Shown piece after piece: positions 54,401-64,000 of a DNA stretch of 64,000 nucleotides (its first letter is position 1; each line of letters starts with the position of its first letter). The translations under genes were made by a program, and so were the position numbers. Origin of the DNA: Nageia nagi (taxonomy: Eukaryota; Plantae; Pinophyta). The notes beneath the pieces are model-generated. The model worked only from the letters and a program-made list of their open reading frames with translations. It did no database searches and was not told the DNA's origin. The DNA lies in the NCBI GenBank assembly GCA_050084985.1, contig JBITNC010000001.1:81778001-81842000 (forward strand), read 5' to 3'.

Positions 54401-57400
54401 CTGCAATCTTGTTTGCCATACCATTCTCATACTTATCAATTATCAATAAATTAAGTGTTGTATCAAAACCATCCATTTAAAATGTTAAGACTATCTTAAC
54501 CTGCTTGAAGTTTGCATGTACTCCAACAGTATTCTCAGTTCCATTGGTGTGAAACCCTCCACTTCCTACCCAATGCATCAAGTTGTGTTTATGCGATGCC
54601 GCATTCCTGTATGGACACACCAGATCTCATCCTTCTTCAGCAACAACCTAGGCAACACAAACCTGGTCACTAGGATATTCGACTTCGAAACCTAGTTGAG
54701 CTTTGCTTTGCGAGCTCCGCTTCTTTTCTCTCTCCTTCTCTATGCATAGAGCGGCCCCTCCTTGACTGCCCACATCTACATTGTATCTTTTCTGGCTATA
54801 TGTCCATTTCTAAGGTTTTTACCCTCTTTTGTACTGATGTCTAGTTTAGTTAGACTTTAGATTTGGGCCACCTTGGGCCTTGCTTGGTATTTTCTACCAT
54901 TCATGTACTCTCTAGTCTCATTGACCACTCTTGGTCACCTGTGGACATTAATATATATTTCATTTCATTTTATTTCCAACACTAGTAAGCTACATGGACT
55001 GGTCTCTTTATAATCACATAATAAGTTCATTCCCTTATGAATTGCATTGGTGCATTCAACTCATAGTCATAGGGGTATTGTTCAATACAATTTTCGAGAA
55101 AAAAATCATTCCACATATCAGTTTCTGTCCAGCATTAATACAGATCCCATTATGCTTCATTCATGTGGATTTGGATACAGAGTAGCAAAAGCATTCCTCG
55201 TATGCATTCTGATAGGGCTTTGGCACTGACAAAACATACAGACTTGATGTCAAAGCCATATAGGCATTGCTTATTTGGAAAGAAAAGCATTGAATTTCAC
55301 GAGATGTTAGTGGTGCCCATAAAACCTTTCATAACAAGAGCGGATCTTCACTGCTTCAGTATCACTTGTATCTTTCCAAAATCAATTATCTAATGCCTAC
55401 AATGTGCTTCAACAGCCCAAGCACCAATACCATTTTATGCACTGCTAGTTAAACATACTAACCTATAAAATACATGCACGCACACATTTTGTACATATTT
55501 CCGCTAGAGACAGAGAGTAAAGGTTTGCCAATAGTTGGCCTACCTCAGCAGTATTGTTCCTGTCCTGCTCATCCAGCTCCAAATCAATTAAGCTTTCCTT
55601 TTGGGACACTTTACTAATCATTTTGCACACAATCATCCAGGCTGCTCAAGTCATGGCTCACAATGTTTCTGATATTTTGAATTATCTCATGAACTCAATG
55701 CAGGTTGTCAAGCCAACCTAGCGGAGCTTATGAATACTGTCAAAGTGCTTCAATTCACCAATATTTGACACTCAAGGATGATATCAGTGGCATAACCAAA
55801 GAAATACAAAGAAAAGCATGACCAAATGGATTACGGGCCAGAAGCAAACCAAGCTGTTTAAGGAAACTTGGAACTTGTCACAGAATCTGTGAAATTGTTT
55901 ACTGGGTGCATTATCAAACATGGTAATCAACTTGTACTCAACAATCAAGCTTGAAATGATTAAAATAACTCTTTCCCTTGCTCCATTTTGGATCCTCAAG
56001 ATTTGTGTTTGTTTAACCAATAATCTGCTTCACACGTTGACATTGAAGCATGGTTCAAGGTTATACTGGTATCTACTTCTCTGATGTTTCTTTTTCATTT
56101 TTCTGTTAGTTTTTCATGGCTTTGAGGTTGTTCCTCATTTGGATAAAATTGTATTACTTACTAAAAACTCACAATGATGTGTGATTGTTCACACATAGGT
56201 GAGGACAGAAAAGCACATCAAACAAGAATTAAAAAGCACACAGGAGACCTTTGTCAGACTGGTAAATCAGCATGGGCTGGCCTTGTTGCAGAGAGTAAGA
56301 ACGTGTTTTGTACAGGAACGGCAATGGTAATTGCTGAACAAAAGCATGATTTAAAACAAAGAGTTCATTCTACATAGATGTACATGTTTTGAAATAAGAT
56401 ACATAGTAATCAACTTATCAAGTTATTTAGCATTTATTGAGTCCCGAATGCTTAATGTGAATGCTAACAATAACACAGCTTACATTAAATACTATTTGGG
56501 TTCTAGAATTTCTATCATTACACAAATATGTCAGAAGGAAAAGAGAAAAAAACAGTAAAACCATTGAAAGAAAATTATATCTTTACAAGATAAGCACGAA
56601 GATGAAGAACACTGATATATATTAGTGAAAAGGATTTAACTAGTCAGGAACCTGCATAACTAGAGCAGACCAATAGCTTAATATGTATATAAGTCATATG
56701 TGGCAGTGAATTGCCAATGGTTTATAACTTTATACCATAGATTGAAAAAGCACCGAGTTAACACAATTCCTCACACTGCTCGACAGGTTTTTTACTCAGC
56801 AAATTTCTTGCCTAGAAACTCAGGTGAAAAAATTAGCAAGAAAATCATCATCTTAAAAAACAGAGACTGAAAAAAAAAAAAAAAAAAATTTAGAGTCGTA
56901 GGTTAAGAGGAAAAAGGGATTTTTTTTGTTGTCATTTCATCTCTGCTGCCTTCCATCTCACTCTGCAGGTCTGCAAGTTGAGAGTTTGAAGTTTCTTCGT
57001 CAATCTTCAGCTTTTCACAGCAGATTTTCAGAGGTTTTACAATTGAATCAAGGGTTTTCAGTTTTTACCGCAAATTTTAAGAGGTGAGGTTTTTGTGTTG
57101 TTTAATGCAAATTCATTTTTTTGTTTTTGTTTATTGAACTTAAACCCATAGCTGAGATGGGTACCTTTTTTTATTCGTATTTTGTAGATTTCCTAAAAAA
57201 AATTAGGGTTAAATTTTTTTAAAACCAAACTTTTTTGTTTATGGCTTTCTTGTTTTGACATGCCCATAGCTGAAATAGGTCCCCTTTTTGTTTACACTTC
57301 ATACATTCACTAAGAATTAGGGTTTTTTAATTTTTTTCAAGCATAATCAGTTTTTTTTTTTTTTTCGTTTTTGGAATTGCACATAACTCGAATGGTTTTT

Positions 57401-60400
57401 TTCATTTGCAAGAGGCTTCTGGAGATGAGGGCCATTCAACTCCATTGAAGGATCATGCTTGGAAGCATGGGAAGAATGGTCTTCTCCCAAACCAAGTTAT
57501 TTGCAATTACTGCAAGAGAAGTTATAAGGTAGGGATTAAATTATTAATAGGTTCAAATACCATCTTGTGAGGATACCTGAATAAGATGTAAGGCTTTGTG
57601 ATGGTGTGGACCCCCCAAGGTTAAAGACAAAGCTGAGGAAGGGAGAAAACAAAAGAACCAAGGTTGCAGTTGGAGTTGGACTTGGGAACTTGGGCTACAA
57701 TGAGTCCACATCACCATTAAAGTCTATTTTTGGCCCAAAGATTTGGTTTTCAGGTGGTGATACTGCAAATAAGTAACATGCAACAAAGGGTTTTTTTTGT
57801 TCCTCATGGAAAGGGACAAATTTCCCTTAACACGACAGCTTGGGGAATGAAACTGAAAGAGTCAACGCAATTCAAGCAGTGGCTACAAAGTTTTACTACT
57901 ATTGCAACATTCCTTTTAATGTTGCATGCAATCCTTACTAGGATGTCATGGTGATAGCATTCACCGTAGTTAGGTTAGGGATGAAGCCCCCTACCACAAA
58001 GGATTTGAGTGATCATTTGCTTGAGGATGTAATTTTGCCAACACACACCATACTAGATGAGCTTGTAAAGATCCAAACTAGGAAAAATCCAAAAATTATG
58101 CAAAATACCAAATTCCACTCAAATTGTAACCTAGATCTAAAATCTAAAATATTACTTGAAAAATAATTGCAGAAACTTACACAAAATTGCAGATCCAACC
58201 CCAATGCTAATATATAGCAGAAAAGGGCCTTCAAATTACAAAATCACTGCTCTAGGGGTGGTACATCCACTAGGCAGGCTAAGAAACACAGATCTGAAAC
58301 TCAAAATTGAATTCTAGCACTGGATGTCTCACTCCCAGGTTCCAAACCCTCCAATCTGATGCAGAAAATGTCGATGAAGCACATGCATGAACCTTGGATG
58401 GATCCACCAATGGAGAACTCAAGAATTTCCATCCTCAAGCCCAAAGGTTTTTGTCCTCACAGCCTCTCTATCAGAATTTCGTTTTCGTCCTCACAGCCTC
58501 TCTAGCAGAATTTCATCCACAAGAGGAATTCTGCAAAGAGAAATTAAAAATCCAATCCAATCCAAGCCCAAAAAACTCAATAGGAAGCGATGTCCCTATT
58601 TATAGAAGCAAACAATGGAGTGTTTGAGACTCCAAGAGATTTGACGAGTCACAATCCGCTCAAAGAATTAGGAAAAACATAAATGAAGTATGTTGAAAAG
58701 GAATGGACATCCATGTATGTGCGTCCAAGAAAGATTTGATCAGATTGTGAGCATTAAGAGCTCAACTACACGCCGCAAAGGAGATAAATGTTGGTAGATG
58801 AAGAACAATTCGCCGCTTAGTAACTGTTGGAGAGGACATGTACAAATGGGAGGTGCATCTAAAATGGGATTCAAACTCTGGAACATTAAATCCCTTCACC
58901 AGCTAATTCCAAAGGTGGAGCATCCCACTCCAAGTGGCAAATTCAAATGTTACAATGCAACAGATGAGTGGGACTCTCAATTTTGGGTCATCACAAAGCT
59001 TAAGAAGGTTTGGCACAAACATGGATGCAATATTTTATCAAATGGGTGGCAAATGCAAGGAATCACGCACTCGTTAACTTCTTAGTGACTTCAAACGAAC
59101 CAACAATTTCTTGAAGTCAATTCATGCATTCAATGAGTTCAAAAATACATGATTGCTTTTTAGATTGTTGGAGTTGGTGGAGGAAGTGAATAGAAAATGT
59201 AGTACAATAGTGATAGACAATGCTACAACATATGTAGCAACAGGAAGACTTCTTGATGAGAAATACCCCATTTATTTTGAAGCCCATGGGTAGCCCATTG
59301 CATCAACCCCTTATGCTCGAGGACATTGAGAAACACTCATGGTTTAGAAGTGTGGTTCAATAAGCAAAAGATATTACAAAATTTATCTACAATCACACAT
59401 GTACTAAATTTGATAAGAGAGCACACTAGAGGTTAGAAGATTATTTGCTTAGGAATAGCTCAATTCACCTCCAACTTTGTTGCATTGCAAAGCCTTTTAG
59501 ATGCCATATATTAAGAGATGAAGAAGGTTTGGCACAAACATGGATGCAATATTTTATCAAATGGGTGGACAAATGCAAGGAATTGCACACTCATTAACTT
59601 CTTAGTGACTTCAAGTGGACCAATGATTTCTTGAAGTCAATTCACACATTCAATGAGGTCAAAAATACATGATTGTTTTTTAGATTGTTGGAGGAAGTGG
59701 TGGTGGAAGTGAATGTGGAAAATGTTGTCCAATAGTGACAAACAATGCTACAACATATGCAGCTAAAGGAAGCGATACACCATTTATTTTAAAGCCCAAG
59801 TGTAGCCCATTTCATGAACCCCTTATGCTCGAGGACATTGAGAAACACTCATGGTTTAGAAGTGTGGTTGAATAAGCAAAAGATATTACAAAATTTATTT
59901 ACAATCACACATGGTTACTTAATTTGATAAGAGAGCACACTAGAGGTTAGAAGATTATTTGCTTAGGAATCGCTCAATTTGCCTCCAACTTTATTGCATT
60001 GTAAAGCCATTTAGATGCCATAGCTCCTATTAAGAGGATGTTTGTGAGTGAATGATGGATGGGGTCTTTTTTCACCTTAAGGAGTATTGGGAGAGAGTTG
60101 TCTAGATAGTGTTTGATGACTATTTTTGAAAGGGCATTTATGATGTCATGAAGGTAATTTAATGTATCTAGATATTTTTTTTCAGTTTTAAGATTTCTAT
60201 TTTTATATTTGTAAAACTAAACATATAATTTTTTTTATGATTTTTAGGTGACAGAACCTATGATAAAGGTTCTTTGCCTTGTAGATGGTGGTCAGATGCA
60301 AATAGGATATCTTTATGAAGCCATAGATAGGGCGAAAAAGGCTATCCAACATTTTTAACATGGAGACAGGCAAAAATTTGATTCCATTTGGCATATTATT

Positions 60401-62672
60401 AATAGAAGATGTCAAGCAACTTCATCAACCCTTACATGCAACAAGGTTCTACTTGAACCCCATGTTTTGTTCAGCAATGAATATGCGCCTAATGAGGAGG
60501 TTATAAATTGCCTCTATATCTACATGGAGAGGATGATCCTTAATGATCACATCAGAAAACTGATTGCCAAAGTTTGGTAGGTTCTTCAATTCTCTGTAAA
60601 AAGTCAAGGAAAAACTTGCAGCCAAGTAACTCTTTAAAATGCAATAAAAGTAGGGTTTTTTTAGAATGTACATAATATAGAATTCAGATTGAGTTTTTTT
60701 AATGTAATATTTTTTGCAGATTTGTGGTGGGAAGATTATAGTGCTTGTTCATTGAATTTTCAAAGGCTAGCAGTTTGTATATTCAATCAGCCTTGTAGCA
60801 CTTTTGAGTGCGAGCGTAATTGGTCATTATTTGAAAGCAGCACCTCAATGACCTTATGCTTGTGCAATACAATCTTCTTCTTCGCATCAAACAAGTGAAG
60901 GGCACAAATCGCACAATGCCATCAACCTTGATGGGATGGATCCACTAATGCGATAATTGCAACTGATATGGAGCTTGAGGGCATACCATGATTGCAACTG
61001 ATATGGAGCTTGTTAGGCTAAGGATCCGTTACTTCCACATCCACCATGTACTGCAAGGAAGTATATGAGGTTGAAGGGAAAGAAGAAAATAGTTAGAACT
61101 ATTTTATGGTTTTGATTGTTGTATTTTTTATGATCATTGATGATCACAAACTATGAATGTTATTATCACATTGAAATTTAATAGAAAATTGAATTTGCAA
61201 CTCTCTAATTTCATATTTATATAATTTTTTGTATGTTTTTTCCATCAAATGTTCAAGGTCTTTTTATTGAGTTTTTGTCAAGTCATCAAGTACTCTCCAA
61301 AATTTGCCTTGTTGAGTACTCTCCAAAGCCTGAGTTTTCCAACTATGGTTTACACTAGTCTATCCAAAACATTTATTAACACAAATAGGTATATTACACG
61401 ATACTGAACTAAACTTCAAATATCGAATGATAACATCATATACATGCAATATAAAGGAGTGTCAAACATTGATACTGATAGTATATAACTTCGGTTTGTT
61501 GGATACAGACATGTAGTTATTTAATTTTAATGTTAAAGTCCACACATTGCAATAAGAATAATGATAGAAATATCATAAAGCTACTATTGTACGAGAGTGT
61601 AAAACATTAGATTATTTCCTTTATTTAATTAAATATAGATTTCTTGCAATGCAAATTTTGTATTTAAGATCACATAGTTTGTTACAGGTAAGAAAAGACA
61701 CAATCATCACAATATTTTGCCACATGACATGTTTGCATTTGCATCTGCATCAGTAAGAATAGTGTGCAATGTGCAAGAGTTCATAGCATACAAAAGGTCT
61801 TCCATTGTAATCAGATTAAAAGACAAAAAACATTAAAAAGAATAGACCTGTCGGATAACAACATCTCCTGCCTTAGCTTGAACCTTTTCCATACATTCAT
61901 ACAACATTTTACGTTGTGACTTGGTTATTTTGTTGAACAAAAAGTTTCCTTGCAATGCTCGCTCAATGTGATCCTGCTCAATCAATATAAACAGGGTAAT
62001 AAGGATTCAACCACCTCAACTGCAAAAGAAAATAAAGCAAGAAATCAATCGCCAAATGCATGTGAACCAGATTGATATAGGCCTATTGGTCAAGAAATCA
62101 TCAAATAGAAGCATATGTTTATGACACAAAGAAATAAAGAAGATCATTTACTATTTCTTCTTGAGTCTTTTTGTGTGGTTGAGATGGAGGAACCCAAACA
62201 GGGCCACGCTCCAAAGATGACTCAATGGTCCTCAGCCGTGCTCGTGATAAATCATGTCGAGATGGACGTGAGGATCTCACAGTTTCACCAATAGACGAGG
62301 GGGATTCATCACCTTGCTCTACTGTTGACAGCCGTGGTACTACTACCTTTGTATGTACATCAACTACCGGCTTCATTGAACCTGACTGATAACAAAAATG
62401 TATTTGTAATTAAATTCGAATATGTAAAAAAAAACGTTATTCATTCAACAAAAAAAAGAGGAGTTGAAAATGGAAATTATGTGATGACAATTATTCATTC
62501 AACAAAATGCGATGAAGAATTGAATGGGAATATTTAATACTTCTTGTAAGCCGTTAATGTGTACAACAATAATTGTAATGTCATCAGTGCGGGTTTCATA
62601 CTGCAGCCATAAGCGGTATGATTCAGCAACTATTGCAGCACAGGCATCCCGGGGGTCTTTAAATTTAGCAAC
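33213..62672 (-). CDS. Protein phosphatase 2C and cyclic nucleotide-binding/kinase domain-containing protein (At2g20050-like); 3' 14 exons, 5' part beyond window
   Basis: GT-AG exon chain encoding the PP2C C-terminus (AESYRLWLQYETRTDDIT), two cNMP-binding domains (GGEGDCFYIV, FGELALMYNKPRQAS, GDYFGE) and an AGC-like kinase domain (TICGMADYLAPE, DWWALG). 2147 coding nt, one short of 716 codons. Confidence 0.95.
33585..33741 (-). CDS. PP2C-cNMP-kinase exon (kinase subdomains IX-X)
   Basis: WALGVLIYFMLQNELPFGSWRE...DLLKK|gt. Confidence 0.92.
35119..35240 (-). CDS. PP2C-cNMP-kinase exon (activation segment)
   Basis: LVDFRFAK...TICGMADYLAPEII...ASDW. Confidence 0.92.
35344..35409 (-). CDS. PP2C-cNMP-kinase exon (catalytic-loop equivalent)
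   Basis: EGVAYRGVSPDTLMVDQKGYLQ with AG/GT borders. Confidence 0.9.
35572..35849 (-). CDS. PP2C-cNMP-kinase exon (kinase N-lobe)
   Basis: NVLSLKRFSK...VLKEK...VVVALELLHK|gt. Confidence 0.92.
36427..36479. repeat. (AT)n microsatellite, about 26 units
   Basis: Read directly from the sequence. Confidence 0.97.
38322..38388 (-). CDS. PP2C-cNMP-kinase exon
   Basis: EWQKTVYATDCCEIGMVLKKGS; phases match the neighbouring exons. Confidence 0.9.
38522..38606 (-). CDS. PP2C-cNMP-kinase exon (linker)
   Basis: LRDHIIEM...FSEVQLSDL|gt. Confidence 0.85.
38866..39115 (-). CDS. PP2C-cNMP-kinase exon (second cNMP domain) with apparent -1 frameshift
   Basis: YESLFGFYIVERG / VKLTY...GDYFGEQILLGE; 250 nt where the flanking phases require 251. 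Confidence 0.85.
39703..39934 (-). CDS. PP2C-cNMP-kinase exon
   Basis: YNKPRQASVCAVTDGTLWALKREDFRG...ERIVDE|gt. Confidence 0.92.
39990..40109. repeat. 38-bp tandem repeat x3 in a short intron
   Basis: aaacaataaaaacttcaaaagtagaattggaaatgatt starts at 39990, 40028 and 40066. Confidence 0.95.
40117..40202 (-). CDS. PP2C-cNMP-kinase exon (first cNMP domain)
   Basis: EDSPSEELGTVVNRY...CFGELALM. Confidence 0.9.
40653..42522 (-). mobile_element. Intronic solo LTR (1870 bp) with 5-bp TSD, related to the 16-20 kb element
   Basis: TGAAGA...TCTTCA termini; TSD gaaga at 40648-40652 and 42523-42527; shares blocks with 18082-20142; internal PBS motifs at 40702-40713 and 40744-40755. Confidence 0.9.
44620..44870 (-). 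mobile_element. Possible tRNA-derived SINE remnant
   Basis: Minus-strand B box GGTTCAAATC (about 44805-44814) with an A-box-like TGACCAGTTGG about 30 nt upstream; no clear TSD. Confidence 0.3.
45153..45296. repeat. Long inverted repeat (67-bp arms, 10-nt loop)
   Basis: aaaggcctctccaaccactagattaaccacc pairs perfectly with ggtggttaatctagtggttggagaggccttt; about 4 mismatches over the full arms. Confidence 0.92.
45300..47150 (+). mobile_element. Decayed LINE ORF2 remnant in intron, antisense to host gene
   Basis: C-terminal EHLVFSCPIYYEIQGRY motif (46619-46690) and similarity to the 22.7-24.9 kb LINE; boundaries approximate. Confidence 0.55.
48102..48164 (-). CDS. PP2C-cNMP-kinase 63-bp exon (first cNMP domain)
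   Basis: ag|GGEGDCFYIVQKGEFDVLVSK|gt, isolated between 7.9-kb and 13.7-kb introns. Confidence 0.92.
52037..54375. mobile_element. Probable non-autonomous hAT derivative with internal filler
   Basis: Left end caaggttggaaaactcag resembles the TIR at 61330-61347; actcggc and aagttttt subterminal motifs present; right TIR not found. Confidence 0.4.
52770..53125. repeat. Diverged GC-rich ~60-67-bp minisatellite, about 5 copies
   Basis: Recurrent caacatcttc..gcactccagcaag.ctcttc.accaacac...gaagtc. Confidence 0.8.
58064..58995 (-). mobile_element. Solo LTR (932 bp) nested in the hAT transposase
   Basis: TG...CA ends (minus strand starts TGTGATGACCCAAAA); TSD gagct / aagct; removing it restores ...ILDELKKVWHKHGC. 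Confidence 0.85.
59002..60040 (+). repeat. ~519-bp tandem duplication within the hAT transposase
   Basis: aagaaggtttggcacaaacatggatgc starts at 59002 and 59521; the copies stay collinear to ...tagatgccata. Confidence 0.92.
61848..61973 (-). CDS. PP2C-cNMP-kinase exon
   Basis: DHIERALQGNFLF...AGDVVIRQ|gt. Confidence 0.92.
62152..62385 (-). CDS. PP2C-cNMP-kinase exon (linker)
   Basis: SGSMKP...ESPS...RHDLSRARLRTIESSLE..WVPPS..HKKTQEEI|gt. Confidence 0.9.
62541..62672 (-). CDS. PP2C-cNMP-kinase exon (PP2C C-terminus)
   Basis: VAKFKDPRDACAAIVAESYRLWLQYETRTDDITIIVVHINGLQE. Confidence 0.93.
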
Positions 62673-64000
62673 CTGCATCACAAAATTCAAACAGCTCATT
62701 TAAATGAACAATAACAGAGCAGCACAATGCATTACAACTAACAAAAACATATTCTATCCTACTTTCTCGAGTAAAGCATCGAATACGATTTACTCAACAC
62801 TCACCTAAGCATATTTTTTGATGAACTAATGTCTGGGAACAAAAATCCTCAGACTCAACAAGGAAAACAAGCAGGATTTAGCCCAAAGTTTCATATTGTA
62901 AATTGCTAAAAAAATCCACAATTTCTCACTCATTTTCATATCTATCTTAGCCATTGTCATTTTTGTTACAGATGAAAAGAATATTGGGAGCTGACTTTCA
63001 ATGCATTCCACAGTAAGATCATTAGATCATGTAAGTCCTTATATGAGTAACTATAATAATAGAAAAAGTATTTATGTTTTCCTTCCAGCTTATAACTGCT
63101 ATTTACAATACCTAATATTTGATGCTTAAGCCAATATGTTCATGAACTTCTTCTTGACATTAAAGTCAGCAAGGGTACTTGCTTATCATTCTCTTCTTAG
63201 TGATGAGTATTAACTTCAGTGATAACCCATACAAGCTCTATTTCAATCATCAAACATGCATAACAGTGCAGCAGATGAAAAGAAAATTAATGCAATGCTA
63301 CTGCAGGAAACTACCCCCAAGAGCTATCTTGCATGAGAAGAAAGCAATCGCATACGAATAAATATGAAGGCTCCAAATTATCTAGACAGTGACTAAACGA
63401 ACTTTTCTACAGAATTCCTATTTTTACTCTAAGGTCATATCAGGACGCAAACCTATAAATGCTGCCCTAATTTTCAAGTGCATTAGGAAGATCCGCTAAG
63501 GCAATGGCCCCATAGAGAGGGATTATGAGAAATTTCTCAGCAAGTGCTGCTGAGAGATTTCTAGACCATTTTGCAGATAGAGTGGTCAATGAATTGCCTG
63601 ATTTTCTTTCTAGTAGGACAGCAGAGAGAGTAAATCAGGTATGTTTTATAAATTTATACCATAAAATACTATTTAAATTACCGCATGTCTAAATAGGATG
63701 TTAAGCAAGCATTCTAATTCTCCAGGCCCACTACCCCCTTTCCACAGGTCACTTTAAGATCCATATGTGATTCTGACATGCTGATAAGCTAGTGCTCATC
63801 CTATGTTAAAATTAACAATAAATTATCTTCACAAAAAGTTTGAAAAAACTGTCCCTTCGAAAATCACAGCACGATCATGTTCAACCTCATTAGCACAATT
63901 GAGTTCAACAATACTAATCGAGAAGAGTTTCACAAAATAAAGTTAGTTTTTATCCTATGGTAAAACCACATTGTCATAACAAAACGTTGACAAAAAAGCT

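Larger units (their letters stand above)
56736..61347 (+). mobile_element. hAT DNA transposon, full-length but degenerate, in intron antisense to host gene
   Basis: TIRs catagattgaaaa / ttttccaactatg; 8-bp TSD ctttatac / gtttacac (6 of 8 match); BED finger (HAWKHG..ICNYC..RFKYHL), GCNILSNGW, and dimerization motif WWEDY...CERNWSLFE. Confidence 0.88.

Noticed and set aside
62700-64000. Further PP2C exons
   Set aside because: No PP2C motifs found; treated as intron, with upstream exons beyond the window.

Overview
AT-rich, repeat-dense nuclear DNA from a large-genome land plant, most likely a gymnosperm (inferred from multi-kb TE-filled introns and a Tat-type retroelement with aRH placed before RT). 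Positions 1-13762 are a decayed Ty3/gypsy Tat-clade LTR retrotransposon (5' LTR cut by the window start; gag-PR-aRH-RT-RH-INT, then a long extra ORF and the 3' LTR). About 13.8-31 kb holds TE remnants: a large-LTR non-autonomous element, a chromovirus-like gag-pol fragment, LINE fragments and a complete 2.7-kb gag-only LTR element. It also holds an apparently intact tRNA-Glu(UUC) gene. From 33213 to the window end lie 14 minus-strand exons of the PP2C / cyclic-nucleotide-binding / kinase-domain gene (Arabidopsis At2g20050 family); its 5' part is beyond the window and one exon is 1 nt short. Its 7.9-kb and 13.7-kb introns contain a solo LTR with TSD, LINE remnants, a 144-bp hairpin and a hAT element with a nested solo LTR. 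The most unusual signal is that two unrelated LTR families carry tandem arrays of tRNA primer-binding sites (PBS), mostly paired with copies of the LTR terminus. All calls were made by eye without database searches.
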